From the human T2T-CHM13v2.0 reference genome, Homo sapiens: a stretch of DNA of 64,000 bases. Made by a program: the position numbers and the translations under genes. Location of the stretch: assembly GCF_009914755.1 (NCBI RefSeq), contig NC_060936.1, one strand, 5' to 3'. Positions 37,761 through 51,500 of the stretch are shown here, one piece after another (position 1 is the first letter of the stretch; every line of letters begins with the position of its first letter). The notes beneath the pieces are model-generated. The model was not told the origin of the DNA. It made no database searches and was given only the letters and a program-made list of their open reading frames with translations.

Positions 37761-39887
37761 TCTAAGCAAAGCAATTCTGACTTGGCTCCAAATCACGAGT
37801 CCAGGTTGAACTTTCTGTAACTGATGGGAGTGCTCAGTCTTCTGGGCATTGAGAAGCTAGAGAGTCAACTTGTTTTGCAGAGTGATGATCTGAAGGAGTC
37901 TCCTACAGGAGGTGCTTCTCCACTTCTGGATTCCCAGGTGTGTGGATAAGTGGACCTGCCTGTGAGGCATGTACTTTAAGTCTTAGGACTCTTTAGTGGC
38001 CTTCAGTATACATCTACCTTCACTGTTATTAGTGCAAGAAGAAAGTGTCTACCTCAGCCTCCTACCTCTACCTAGCTTTTTCAAGGCCATAGATGTAACT
38101 TTGGATCTGTTAACTAGTTTAACCCTGAAACTTGGACCATCTATACCAAGTCTTTCTAGTTCAAACTTAGCCTCCCAGCCCCTTCCAGTGTTCCAGGAAG
38201 ATATGCAAAGAATATATTTTGTCTATTAAAAGTCACAGCCTGGGTGACCATTTAACCCATTTAAGGTGGAGCAGGGTGGGGGGTGTCCAAACAAGATTCA
38301 GCTAAGAAATCAAGCTAGATCTACAGGAACCAGTGTGGAATGATTGCCACAGAATACTTAAGCAGATAAACTAAGATGTGGCAGGAATTTATGATATGAT
38401 CCTATGTGTGAAATATGCTTCTAATGATCCTAGTCTAAGCTGAGAAAAGTTGTGTAGCCTGATGCTTTATCACTTGTGTATGTTGTCTTATAGCAAGTTT
38501 AAGGAATTAGCTTTTCTAGCAGATGCTAGGAAATATTCACAGGCTGAACTGCCTAAATCCTAGTACATAATTGCTGAGTGTCTAATACTGCCCAGAGTTT
38601 ACTGTCACCCAGTTGTCTCCCTGGCCCCAGGAGAGTCCTTCATTCTCATGCTTCTTGGAAGCACATGTAAGCCAAATGGGGGCTTCCAACTGGCTATCAG
38701 CTCCATGCTGGGTCTGAGCATTGTGTTCATTTGCAGTTTCACCGCTGCAGGCATTTCCAAGGGATTACAATCCTCACCTTTGGACCTGCTCACATCCTGC
38801 TAGGTGTGTTCTAATCACTGTGGCAGGCCCTGGCTGTCATGCCTTATTACTTAAATATATTATCACGGCCTGGCCTCGGCCAGAATGGAGGGATTAAAGC
38901 AATAAAACTAAATGGACAAGTGGCCAGTATTAGAATTTTTCTTACTCAGAACCTCTGTAGGTAATGGTACACAGCTGTAAGCACCCTGCCCCCACCCGTG
39001 CTTCCTTGCTGCACAAGCACTCCCCTCCCTCCCAAGCCTGGAGCCAGCTGCTTCTGTTCTCCATCAGTAAGGCTGCCTGGGATTGGTCCAGCTCTAGCCC
39101 TCAGCCAATTAAGCTCCTGAAGATGGAGACCTGTTGCTTATCAACAGACAAGCTTACTGAGTCCCAGAGGTCCTAGGGAGAGGGTTCATGTACTTTGGCC
39201 AGGATAGGTACTACTTGTACAGGCAGCAATTCTGGCTTCTTCCATACTTTACTCCTGACAGCTCTGGGAGGGGTGTATTAATCTCTAAGTGGGCAGGGCA
39301 TTGCTCAGAAAGATGGGGCAAGATGTAGACAGTTGGTGAATCAAGGTGAGGCTACATTACAACTAGTGAATATTCTGAGTCTTAAGTGCATCAGGAGTTA
39401 AATGATCTGGGTGTAAGTTATTTAATAGAATCCTATTTCACTGTATGGCAATAGGCACACTGAATAGACAACCATTACACAACCTCAGATTAACAATGGT
39501 CAACTGAATGACAGACTAACCTTCCATGTTATGATTGCTGAATTGTATGGAGTTTACAGGTTAAATAGGAAGGATTATTTTGAAAGAGGAAACACATGCC
39601 TAACGCTGCTCTTTAAAGGTACTGGCCACAAAACTCACGGCTCAGACCTGAGATCACAGCCTCAGGTTCTGCCTTATCAAGGGCCTGTGCACAGGTGACT
39701 AAGGACTGCCTGAAAGGTAAGGTTTCACCTACTTTCTTAGAAGTTGAACTTCGCTAATTTAGACTTGTGAGATATGTACTTAGATTGTTTGTTCCTGGGA
39801 GGACAATCGTCCCAGAAATTCTTGGCCCTGGCTTGTACTCGCAGAACTGTTTACCATCACTTTATAAGACCAACTCAACACCCAAGA

Positions 39888-40080
39888 GGCAGCACTGAAT
39901 AAGAGCCTGGGTTAGAGTCTAGACCTAGAATTGAGCGTAAATTCTACCACTTCCTTGCTGCAAAGCTCACAGGAAGAAAAGCTTGAGCTGGTTCTCTTTA
40001 CCCTGAAAGGACAGAATCTTATGCCTCATGGATTAAGACACCAAAACACTGTCTTGAGGCCTGGCACATAATACTAGTTA
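39888..40080 (+). mobile_element. MIR fragment
   Basis: GGCAGCACTGAATAAGAGCCTGGG...AAATTCTACCACTT...CCTGGCACATA. Confidence 0.45.
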
Positions 40081-40584
40081 ACATTAGTATATCCTATGGA
40101 TTTCAGCTCTTGGCATCAAGATGATCTTGTTGCATCTGAGCAGGCTTGAATTTAGACGAATTAGTCACCATGAACGATGTTTCAGGCCAAAAGGAAGCTT
40201 AGAGCCAAGTTTGTATCCCTTACTGAATGACTCTATGGGTTTGTGTGCAATATGCTTACCCTGGCTTTTAGTTCTACTCCAAACATTTTAGATTCCCCAT
40301 TCTGAGAGTGGCAAGCACTTGAGGTCAACGCAAGGTAGTGTAGTTACCTATACTTCTCCATTTCTAGACTCCCGAAGGTTTGGCCAAGAGTATCAGCTCG
40401 ATGTCTTCTCCCAGAGCTCTAAGGCAAAAAGAACGTGTCTGAGGCTGGCTTTAAGACATAATATGTGTTTGGAAGCCTCAAGGCTTAGAGAGTGTTCTAG
40501 AGCAGTTTGTCATTAGAAAACTCTGCAGGCTGAAATTGACACTGCCAAGTTTAGGGACATATGCAGATGACAAACCCAACTGGA

Positions 40585-40740
40585 AATTCAGAGATCTGAG
40601 GTCCAATTCTGACACAGCTCTGGATGAATTGTTTCACTTCTGAGCAGCTTCCCATCTGTAAGATCAGTAGCATATACTTGACCCCAGCCTAAGGTTATCA
40701 TGAATCTCAGGAGATCACTTTAGAAGCCAGAACAGTGTAG
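40585..40740 (+). mobile_element. MIR fragment
   Basis: CACTTCTGAGCAGCTTCCCATCTGTAAG core. Confidence 0.45.
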
Positions 40741-43624
40741 TCGTACCAAGAGCAGAACAAGAAGACCCCCAATTTTGTCCAAGTTCCCAGCTGACAGCAC
40801 AAGTGGAGAAAGGTTGGGAAACAACAGGTCTACTCAACTGAACAGCTTACCATGAGAAAGCTTAAGCTGGAGACATCTGACAGGTGTTAGACTAAGCAGT
40901 AGTCCTATGGGAGAGAAGCTACACCATTGGAATTGTTTTAGAACAAGCAGCCCAAGGGACACTGAAGGTTTTTCACTGGACTCTGGAAAATGGGAGTCAA
41001 GTAACCCAGTCAGCTTTTTCCAACTCCTGTTCTGCTCTAAAGCTCACAGTAGAACCTAGGATTTGTGTTCAGACCACTAGTCTGATTGACCAAGAGCTGA
41101 GATCCCATGAAGAGACTTTCTTCACCTGTCATTGGAGTTCCTAGCCATTCCCAAGGGGAATTAGAGCTGGAGCAAACTCTTAGAGACAGATTGAGTTGGA
41201 GCTTGGGGTGGAGTGGTCAGTGTCTAGGTTCCCAGCCTTAAAATTCTGGCTTCTCAAGTTTCCCATTAAGCCTCCTACTTGAACTGCTAGTTTGAGATCT
41301 TTGAACCAGTTCTGGTAACTCACCCCCAGGTGTTGTCAGCTGCCTGTGATCTACCACCACCACCCCTCATCTCTTCCTGGCCTTGTCCTGTTGGACCACC
41401 CAGCTTCCACACTTTAGCCATGTGAGTCTCTGTCCCAGTCCTTAGTCTAGAATGCTCTTTACACCTAGCTGGGGAAGCTTTACCCATTATCCTTCTGTCT
41501 CTAGAAGGGTGGGCATCCCCAGAGATCTCTGGATTTTCAAGATCAAATCTGCTCATCAAGCCCTTGGTACTACATTTTTATCCTTCATAGGACTTAGTTA
41601 TGGTTTGGGATTTGGCTGAGACAGATGTGTTTCTAATACAAATGGGTCAAGAGAACAGGTATCTATGACCCATGGAGTATAGGAATGTGAGTTAATCAAA
41701 TGCATGACCATCACAAGGAGACAAAAGCTCTCAAACCAACACATTAACAAGTATACTAGGAAAATCCCTGCAGGGTGACAGTTGAGGCCCTTAACAGTTA
41801 CACAACTGTGAGGGGTTCCAGGCATGTAGACCTCCCTTTCTTTCCTACCCCTGAGTCTAAAGTGAAGTCAGTATGCCATTCATCACATCAGATCAGGGAC
41901 TGAGATAAGTACTGTCATCTGCCTTACCTTCTCCCAGATGGGTCCTAAGAAAGCTAGGTACCCAAAACAGGTGCTGTTTTAGCAAAATACAAGGTGGTCC
42001 ATTAGTCAAAGGCTTTAGTATACCAAATCCAACGAGCTAAGCACCAACTGGCATTTTTCTGAAACTAGCTTCAGACCATGGCAGCTACTGATCTTAGCTC
42101 CAGGGACCTTGTCCCCATTTTGAAAACAAACGTGCTAATGTGGACTTCTTGCACTGGGAAAGACTGAACCCAAGATCATTTCAGGGAGATTGATATTCCA
42201 CAAAGCTCCATCTACCAAGGAGGCCCAAGATCCTAGAAGTAGGTGAACATCTGCAGAGGAACCTGTGAGTTGAGAACAAGCCTGCTCTCAAGAACGACAT
42301 TTTGAAAGAAGGTAGAGCTTTAGAGCTTTAAGAACAGTAGGATGAAGACCAAGGGACGGTAGAGCAAGAAGAAAAGGAGTTATGTCCTTGGAAGGAAGAC
42401 TTCAGGAAGGGGTTTATCTGAACTGGTCCAGTCCCTGGATCTTTTTTTTTTCCCCCCAGCTGTAGGATTCAGGATGTGAAGTTGCTTTGAGGCATCCTAG
42501 TTTAGGCTGCATAAAAAAGGTTATACATATCCTCAAAGCTTTTCCTAATCCAGGAAAGCATGGATGTTCTAAGCATGAGTATATCTCACTTGTTCTCAAC
42601 AAGCTGACTCATGGTCTACAATCATGATGCTTCATGTCTGAGATGGCTCCCTCACAGTGCCCTGTCCCACCCCTGAGCTCATTTCAGTTCTGTCAGTCAT
42701 CTTTCATGGTCCTTATACTTGAGACAAGAACCCATTTTCCTCTCAAGTTCTTAACACCTAAAAGAACACTACACTTAACTGTTGAGCCTTGTAGCTACCG
42801 TTAAGAACATTTGTGTTGTACATAGCCAACTAGGATAATGAGAACATACACGGGCATCACATTAGCATGGTTGTGACTTGACCATCACCCCCCAGCCCAC
42901 ATGTGGTCTGCGTCATTCCCTCCAAGTCATCCTGTTCTGGGTTCACGCACCCTCTGGATCCCTCTTCCTGCTTTGGCTTCCGAGTCTGTCTTTGGAATCA
43001 GTTTAGCTTCTGTCCTTAAGGCAGAAAGACTTGCCCCACACACCCCCAAACAGTGCAGAAGTCACTTGCTGCTGCAGTTGAGACTCATCTACCCCTAAGA
43101 ACATACACAAGGCTCAAACCAGTGGCAGTAGTCCTCACTGTCTCAGCCTTTGGAAGAACCAGGACCTGGCTGACCAGTGTCTCTCTAGGTGCCTCCTAGG
43201 TGTCACTTCTGTGATCTTAGTTATAACACGGCCTTGAAGTCTTCCACAGGTCTCCAACTGAGATTCACTCACTGGGTTCTGCACATGGCTAGCAGCCCTT
43301 CATGGGCAGGTGTAGTGACGGAAGGGAATGGTCAGTTATATTCAACCCTCCACACTCACCTGTTCCTTAGATCCAGGGAGGTCTGCATTGTCACCGAGAT
43401 GTCCAGGCTACTAAGGTGCTTTTCCCTTATGAGCATTTGCTGGCTTTAACCTGAACCAGAATGGACTGACCAGGATAGGCATCTTGCTGTAAAAATCCTG
43501 TTGTGTTGGAGATTATAGCAGGATCGCCTTCCAGGAAGGGCACTCACCTGAGCACAAAACCAACTTAAGGAAGCTTGAGTCCTTGACACATATTAAACTT
43601 CTAGATAGCTAACACTAAGTCAAA

Positions 43625-43930
43625 AGAATATTTCCTTTATATTCCTTTACCCAACTTCCCCTTGGCATCTAATATATCCATATACAGCTATCAGAATTAA
43701 GAAGTTAGCCTTGATAAAATGTCAACTAAGCTATGGAATTTCAGACTTTAGTTTTCACTAATGTTTTGGTTCCAGAATCCAGTCTAGAATACTATGTTGC
43801 ATTTAGTCATCACAGCTCAGCCTGACTGACCCTTTTAAAGGGTTCTGGTCAGTTTTGCTAAGTGTTCCTTCAGGCTTGGCAGGTGTCCTCATGATTGAGG
43901 TTACACATTTTGGGGAGAGGTATTACAGAA
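43625..43930 (-). mobile_element. L1MC/L1MD-type 3' fragment
   Basis: TTTTCACTAATGTTTTGGTTCCAGAATCCAGTCTAGAATACTATGTTGCATTTAGTCATC is the antisense of the old L1M 3' UTR motif ACTAAATGCAAC...CTGGATT. Confidence 0.65.
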
Positions 43931-46900
43931 AGGATACACTAAAAAGGGCTCTTCACATCAGGTGGTGTGAAAGGGAAAGACGTCTCAAGGCAAGTTATCA
44001 AGATGCTTTATAGTGTCCTGAAGATTCTAGAATAAACCCTGATGCAGAACACCTTAGGCAACCCTGTTAGCTCCTGGAAACGTTATACAAGGAGTATTTG
44101 TTGATTGGAGGGTTGTATAGTTGGACAACATAGGTTAATGGAGTCATGTTCTTATTGGAGCACAATAGAACTGACTCACTCTGTTCAATATTTGGCCAGT
44201 GATTTGAGTAGTGGCAGGTCTGGTCAATAACAACATCCTTAGAGCTAGGATTATTCCCAAGGGCAGTCAGGGGCTTCTTCCAGTCTTATCCATAAGTCTT
44301 AGAAACAAGGCTAAGTCAAAACTTAGATCTGCCAAGAAAATGAGGCTTGTCTCAAATCATTTAGGTGAAGAGACTTACAGCCTAACCTTTCAGAATTCTA
44401 GTGTTATTGCCAGAAAAAAAATCTAATTCACACGGGCTATCTCATAATAAACATTGCCATAATGGTTAGAACTGAAGTAGCATTCACTTCATACTAACTG
44501 TGTTGTCAGATACAACATAACATCCCATGAGGTATTTGGGATATTCTAGTAGAAAACATCTAATTTGCTAAGTCTAGCAACCCCAGTTGGAGGCCACATC
44601 TGAGGAGTGGATGTTCAGTCGTGGGTATTTTGAAAGACAGTGGGATTGGAGCAGACACTTTATGGACTGGAACGTAGTAATTTGTCCAGGCAAAAAGGGA
44701 GGTGCAGCAGATAGATACATGGGAGTAGGAGAGCCAGCACTATGCAATGCTCTGTGCAGTCTCTATTCCAGAGCCCCCACAGAGCTGTCAGACTTGAAGG
44801 GAAAAGTGAGGAAGTAGAATTGAATGGGGAGAATCACTGGGCTGTGATGCCTACCTAGCACAGGTATAATTCCAACAAGCCTTTTGCACTCCTAACTCCA
44901 TCTCAGCATCTGTTTGCTTCCAGTGCTGGTTGGGTTTTCTAGAAGATAGTTTTCAGTCAAAACGAGGACCGTCCAACACAAGTCACAGGCAGATTTTGTG
45001 AGGGGAACTGCCATGGGAGATACTGAGCACATCAGAAGTCACCAAATAGGTTGACCAATTCTCTGGGATGTTAGGAGTGTTATTTACACTAGCTTAGGCT
45101 TGCTAAGGTGAGTCTACAGACACCTACCTACATACTTAGGTTTCACTGAAATAGCGTTTCACAATCAGCGCTTAAGGTCAGTAGCAAGAAGCTTCTTTAA
45201 AGTATAAGCACTTAGTAAAATTTAAGTGACAAGCCAGCCTTACTAAGTTACATCTGAAGTAGCATACTTAAGATTTATTACAACATGTAACTATGTGAAT
45301 CTCACTGCATGTTTTAGATTCACTCTTAACTCTAACACTTGCCATGGACTAGGAAGTCAAGCTATTTTCAAAACATGTCACCTAGAATGCATTCACTGAC
45401 TTATCCTCAATGAGTGCCAGTGAGGCATGTACAGATGAGTAACTCTCCAGCTCGTAAGCAAATCTCCACTGGACATAAGTCTGTTTCCTCTGTGACCACG
45501 TAGAAATTCCAAGCAGGTGGCACTGGCATTTCAGAAGCATAATGTTTACAGCAGTTCCTTGGTAGAAAGCTTGCTGTGGTACACTTGGGTAAACTCAGTT
45601 GAAACTGACAAATGCCTTTGAGCCATGAGATGTAAGCTGGCAAAACCCACTCTGGTGTTTGTCTTGAGTGACTTCAGTTAGAATTCAAGATAAGCCAGGA
45701 ATAGGGTGATAACTGATTCACCCTGTTTAACTTTATGATCTGGGGGGCTGTTATACCTCCACAGCCTCAAACTCATCCACCTAAGTCTGTTGATGAAGTG
45801 ATAGGGGTAAGCAGACAAGGAGGACCAAAGTTGTGGAAGGACACTTTACTGGATGGTTTAAGGATGTTATCTTTGAGTTAGAGCATTACTTCAGGTTTAT
45901 ATCCTTTAGTTGTATTTATATTGAGTACTATTGTTTGTGGGCACATGGTAGAGGGTTTCCAAAACTTAAATCCTAAATGTAATGCTATTGGAAATTCTAG
46001 GTAAACATGACAGATCACATTTCTCCAAGTTTTGCTCAAAGAAATTAAGAGTTATTAATTTGTAAGGACAAACCGAAGTTAACAGAATCAGGAATTTCCA
46101 GATGAGGTGGCATGCATGCCTGAAAGGAGCTCAGAAAGCCAGAACTATTTCTGCAGGAAGGACACAAAAGTAGACGAACCCACCCAATGGAACCTGCAGC
46201 CTCGGTTCCTGGGAAGGTGTGTGAGGCAGGATGGCTGAGCACGTGACAGCAGTTTCACCCTCAGCCCTTGAAATCTTGCTTCCCCTCCCCACGCTCAGAC
46301 CCCTACTCCACTGAAGTCTGTTCTCTAGATGTTTGGCCAGATGCTGGAGTTCAAGACAGTGGGAGGTAGATCAACATTAAACTGAGTGTGCAAAACCACG
46401 GGAACTCTCACCATCTCCCTGCTACAAGAGCCCACCAGCCAAATTCATGCTGTAGTCTGAACAAACTTTCTACAATCCGTGCAGTTACCAACAGCTCACT
46501 GTGTTTTGACTGCATAGATGCTGCTTGTGGGAGTTGGAGGTAGGTTGCACGTAGGAGGAGCAGTTTTAGAAAAAGTTTGAATCTCTTCCCCACTAGATGA
46601 CCTTATAAACTGCTTGTAGAAGAAGAATTCTACCTCAGTTAAGGCAGATTAGTTGATGGCATAGTTATTTGAAAGTCCTCCAGCCGTAGAGGGTGAGACC
46701 TCACTTCAAAAAGAGTACCTAAGTGCCTGGGGTGAGGACTGCTGACTTACAGCTGTCTAAGGTGCTGTGTTTCACCATTCTGTGTTCCGACCTGTGGTCA
46801 CTGACTGTGGACAGGGGTCATGCATAGACCCTAGATGTCTGAATATAGACATATTGTACAACTCTAAGGTGCCGAATGCAACCATATTCAAGTTTGCTTA

Positions 46901-47372
46901 GGTGCCAAGTCTACCTTTGGTTACTGGGGTGCCCACGGTTGCATTGAAAGTCCAAATACAAGGCCAGCAACTCTGCCTGGTATTAAGTTGTGATTAACCC
47001 AGTCAGACAGTCGCATGTTGCCTGCTTTAGCACAAGGGTCCCTTAATATTGAGTATCAGTATTAGGCTGATAGGGTTACCGAGTAATTATGATATAGATG
47101 GTATGTTTTCCAGCAAAAGCAGTTTGAACGTCAAGGAAGTAGGAGACTCACTGGAGCCCTTTCAAGGTACCTCTGCCTTTAGGTTTCTTGCCTTAATACC
47201 TTTATCCCATTCTCCCCAAAGGCATCTGGTAGAGCTCAGATGCCAAGTTCATATCAGAATTGTGATAGGTTCAAAGCTGATCTTCAACTTTTCATACCTC
47301 ATTGCATTCTAAGTACAACTGATGCTCAGAAGACATCCCCACTTTAGAGTATAAGAATGGCTGATATGGTTT

Positions 47373-48217
47373 TCTATTCTTGTGTTAGTTTGCTGAGAAT
47401 GGTTTCCAGCTTCATCCATGTCCCTGCAAAGAACATGAGCTCATCCTTTTTCATGGCTGCATAGTATTCCATGGTGTATATGTGCCACATTTTCTTTATC
47501 CAGTCTATCATTGATGGGCATTTGGGTTGGTTCCAAGTCTTTGCTATTGTGAACAGTGCCATAACAAATGTGTGTATGTGTCTTCATAGAATGACTTATA
47601 ATTCTTTGGGTATATACCCAATAATGGGATTGCTGGATCAAATGGTATTTCTAGTTCTAGATCCTTGAGGAATCACCACACTGTCTTCCACAATGGTTGA
47701 ACTAATTTACACTCCCACCAACAGAGTAAAAGCATTCTTATTTCTCCACATCCTCTCCAGCATCTCTTGTTTCCTGACTTTTTAATGGTCACCATTCTAA
47801 CTGGCGTGAGATGGCATCTCATTGTGGTTTTGATTTGCATTTCTCTGATGACCAGTGATGGGCATTTTTCATATCTGCATGTTCTCACTCATAAGTGGGG
47901 GTTAAACAATGAGAACACATGGACACAGAGGGGAACATCACATACCGGGGCCTATTGGGGGATGGGGGGTTGGGGGAGGGTAGCATTAGGAGAAATACCT
48001 AACGTAGATGAAGGGTTGATGGGTGCAAACTATGGTACATGTATACTTATGTAACAAACCTGCATATTCTGCACGTATACCCCAGAACTTAAAGAAAATA
48101 CAGCTATATACAGTCAGGATACCTGGAAATCTAAATTTACTTGAAAGAAGAAATAGAAGTTTGAATCTTCACTGTCTACTTCTAAAAATGAAAGAAAATT
48201 TGGTAAAAAAAAAAAAA
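47373..48217 (+). mobile_element. 5'-truncated, 5'-inverted L1PA (PA6/7-like) with putative 3' transduction
   Basis: Antisense ORF2 C-terminal segment at about 47373-47874 (minus-strand ORFs ALFTIAKTWNQPKCPS and REMQIKTTMR). Sense 3' UTR at about 47876-48094, then about 105 bp of non-L1 sequence and an A13 tail. 17-bp TSD AATGGCTGATATGGTTT at 47356-47372 and 48216-48232. Confidence 0.95.
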
Positions 48218-48221
48218 TGGC

Positions 48222-48570
48222 TGATATGGTTTGGTTGTGTCCCCATCCCAATCTCATCTTGAATTGTAGGCTCCCATAATTCCTACATATTGTGGGAGGG
48301 ACCTGGTGGGAGATAATTGAATCACAGGGGCAGTTTTCCCCCATATTGTTTTGGTGGTAGTGAATAAGACTTGAGATCCAATGGTTTTAAAAGGGGAAGC
48401 CCCTTTTGCTTGCCTCTCAATTCTCTTGCTGCCACCATATAAGAAGTGCCTTTTGCCTTCCACCATGATTGTGCTGCCTTCCCAGCCATGTGGAACTGAG
48501 TCCATTAAACCTCTTTATAAAAGACACACCTGAAACTGGGTAATTATCAGTATGAAAACAGACTAATACA
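48222..48570 (+). mobile_element. THE1C-like MaLR solo LTR
   Basis: TGATATGGTTTGG start and GACTAATACA end; 5-bp TSD ATGGC on both sides (48217-48221, 48571-48575). Confidence 0.95.
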
Positions 48571-51500
48571 ATGGCCTAAGAAGTCAAGGTCACACAAAGG
48601 CAGAGATCAACTGGGTTTCAGTCTTTGTCCACATTTTTGACCAGGTGGAAAACAGCATCTCATCACCATAGAAATGACAGTCCCGTACATGGTAGGTGCT
48701 TTAGTGTTGAATGGACCAATAGCACTGGATACCAAGCATCTGTGTGACACTAGAGGCACACAGATGTGTCATCCTCAAAGGAATTTCAGACCAAGCTGCT
48801 ACCCCATGGTAGGGGCCCTATGGGAGGTCTCTCAGATTAGATTGACATCTTGTTTTCTGGTCTTCACCAGTTCTCCCAAGGCTGTCCATCCTCCATCCCC
48901 CTCCTGTTCTGTTATCAGCCTCGGGTTGGGGGCTGATATTGGAAGGGCTCTGATAACACTCCTTAAGTGGCAGCAAGCTGTAAACATTCCCACTGATGCC
49001 ATTTGATTAGCTGGCTGGGAAAATGCCTGAAGAAGGTCCTGGCTTGTCACTGAGAGACAGGCAAAGGTGTCACATGGAGCTGTTGAAAAGCAAGCAGGTT
49101 GGGGCCACCACTGTGGCATTATATAAAGCACTTGGCTCCAAGACAGACCTCTATAGCATCGCATGTGTGATCTGCCAGGGTGGCTGTGGGTTTATGGTTT
49201 TGGTACACATGCAACAGGAACATATTCATAGCCCAGATAAGTTAATGACCTATTAGTGGCAAGTGGGGATAGAGATAAAGCCATTGTGTAGAAGCCTACC
49301 CCACATTCCAAAGCCACAAGCAATTTTGTTTAACACCCCAGTTATATCCTATTCAAATAACCTCCCTGTTAGAAGGTTGCAGTTTCTAAATACATGTCTA
49401 TTGAAGGGAAGACAGAAGGGCTAGGGAACAAGGCTTAACCATTTTCTGGGCATGATCTTAGGATGTTAAACCCCTGGAGCTGGAAGATCAAAGAATAAGA
49501 ATTCAGCCATCATTTGAACTATGAGTTCAGTTCAATTCATAGTTCAGATGATGGCTAGAGAAATATAAAGGTAGGACCGTATAAATGTTACATTTAGGTT
49601 TTTCTGCCTTCTATTAGAAAACAGTGCTTATCTAGACATTCTGCAAGGAACAATGGTTGGAAGTAGACTTGACATTTGTGTTTGATTTAGGAATTTAATA
49701 GTTCATGACGCATCGGTAGGCAGAAGGGATTGTGTAAGGACAATTAAGTTTAAAATGCCTGCCAACAAGACAACATTGAGGTTTGAGTGCTTCATATCTT
49801 GTCAAGATTCCAATTCCCTGGGCGATTCTCCCTGGTAACATTCTGCCTCTTAGAGTTAATGAGAGGGGAACCATTGGTGTGAAGGTATGTTTTTTGGAAA
49901 GCAATTTAACAGCTAGTAAGAACTATACCTGGCACTCTTAAAATCAGCACCCCACTCCTGAAAGTCTACCCCATATAGATATCCGTTCAAGGATTTGTGT
50001 AGTGAGGTTTATTCAATGGTTAGGGACTAAAACCCCCAAGAAAGTTTAGGTCAGGGAATGGGCATGTTACTTTAGATCATGACACACCATTGGAGTGACT
50101 GAGCTTAAGTTCATCCACTTAAGATTTGCACCCCTGCCCACCCAGACATTAGAAAATCCACCCAGGTATGTCGTCTACAAGGAACCCACTTTAAAGTCAC
50201 AGATAAGTCCAGGAATGGGAGGACTCCTGACACTGATCAGGAGAGAGCTGGAGTAGCTGTGTTAGTGTCAGGCAAAGGTGACCGCAGAGCAGAGAATGGG
50301 GGATGTTACATAAGGGAACGATTGCTCTCCAAATAAATTTAAAACCATGTTTGTCAGATTCCTACTGAAGGCCCAAAAGCTCAGTGGGATAAGTATCCCG
50401 AGAGTTGATATAAGCTTTTGTTTCTTACAGCCGTCAGTGCTCATGAAGGGACAGCCTACTGTCCAATTCCTGGTGAAGTGGACAGTTTCACCCATAGGTC
50501 CAGCTTTGTACCAAACGTCTCTTGTGAAAACTGTCAGTCGGTACACAGGGCATCTTCTCAGAGCAAAAAAGCAAGTTAAGTAGAGAGAACTAAGGGCACG
50601 ACATCCTTACCCATCCTTTGATAACAGGATTATAATCTAATCTGGGTACAGCCACTCCTTACACTTTCTTAGGGAGCAAGAGCCAGGGAGAACCTGGTGT
50701 TGCTCCAAAGTGAGCCTACATAAATTCTGTTCCATAACTTTAGATACGTCTTTGTACAGCAGGAGGTATAGGCCAGGAAATCCACCTACCAAATCCATTG
50801 CCTTCTGCTCATATTGGTTACAAGGCTACAGTCCCAGGTAGATAGGTTACCTTTGAAGGTCCTTAGAGTAGCTCCTAGAAGTGGGCTCTCAGGAGAGTCC
50901 CAGCTGTCAGCTCTAGCCTTGCTGGGCAATTTTTCTTAAATACAAGGGAAGTAGCACACTGAGAAACTTGCCACCACTGGAGACAGAAGTTACAGATTCT
51001 GGCCGGAGTATAAACAGAACGTTGAAACCTGGTGTTTCATGCCTAGTGTTTCATGCCTACTTTAAGCGTTTAGTATTTCTTAGAGGTCTTATGTCAGGGT
51101 GAAGTATGGTGTGTGTACAAGGATGTGTGTGTTTCTCACAGCACAGGCTGGACAGGGCTCAGTCTCATCCTCCGGCCAGCACTAGGAGCCAAACAATCAG
51201 GTTGTGCATCCGTGGCACACACCCAGCCTGCAGGAGTAGTGTCTGGGTTGGCCTGCATAAGGACTTTCAGAGACCTGAATAAGGATGCCAATGATAAAAA
51301 GGAGTCTAAGAATCTGGATTGTATTCCCCTCTAATAGAAGCTAGAGTATTCTGGCTACACAGTCTTTATTGTGGCCTCAGAGAGCTAGAACGGACTAGGG
51401 CTGTGCTACTGAATAAGACATGTTCCTTCCAAGCCACGCCCTACCTGGCATTCCTTAACCTGTCTCATATTTGGTTCTTAGGAGGGCTTAACACAGCTTA

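Noticed and set aside
47374-48054. ORFs with protein-like sequence
   Set aside because: Frameshifted LINE-1 ORF2 C-terminal fragments and their antisense; not a gene.
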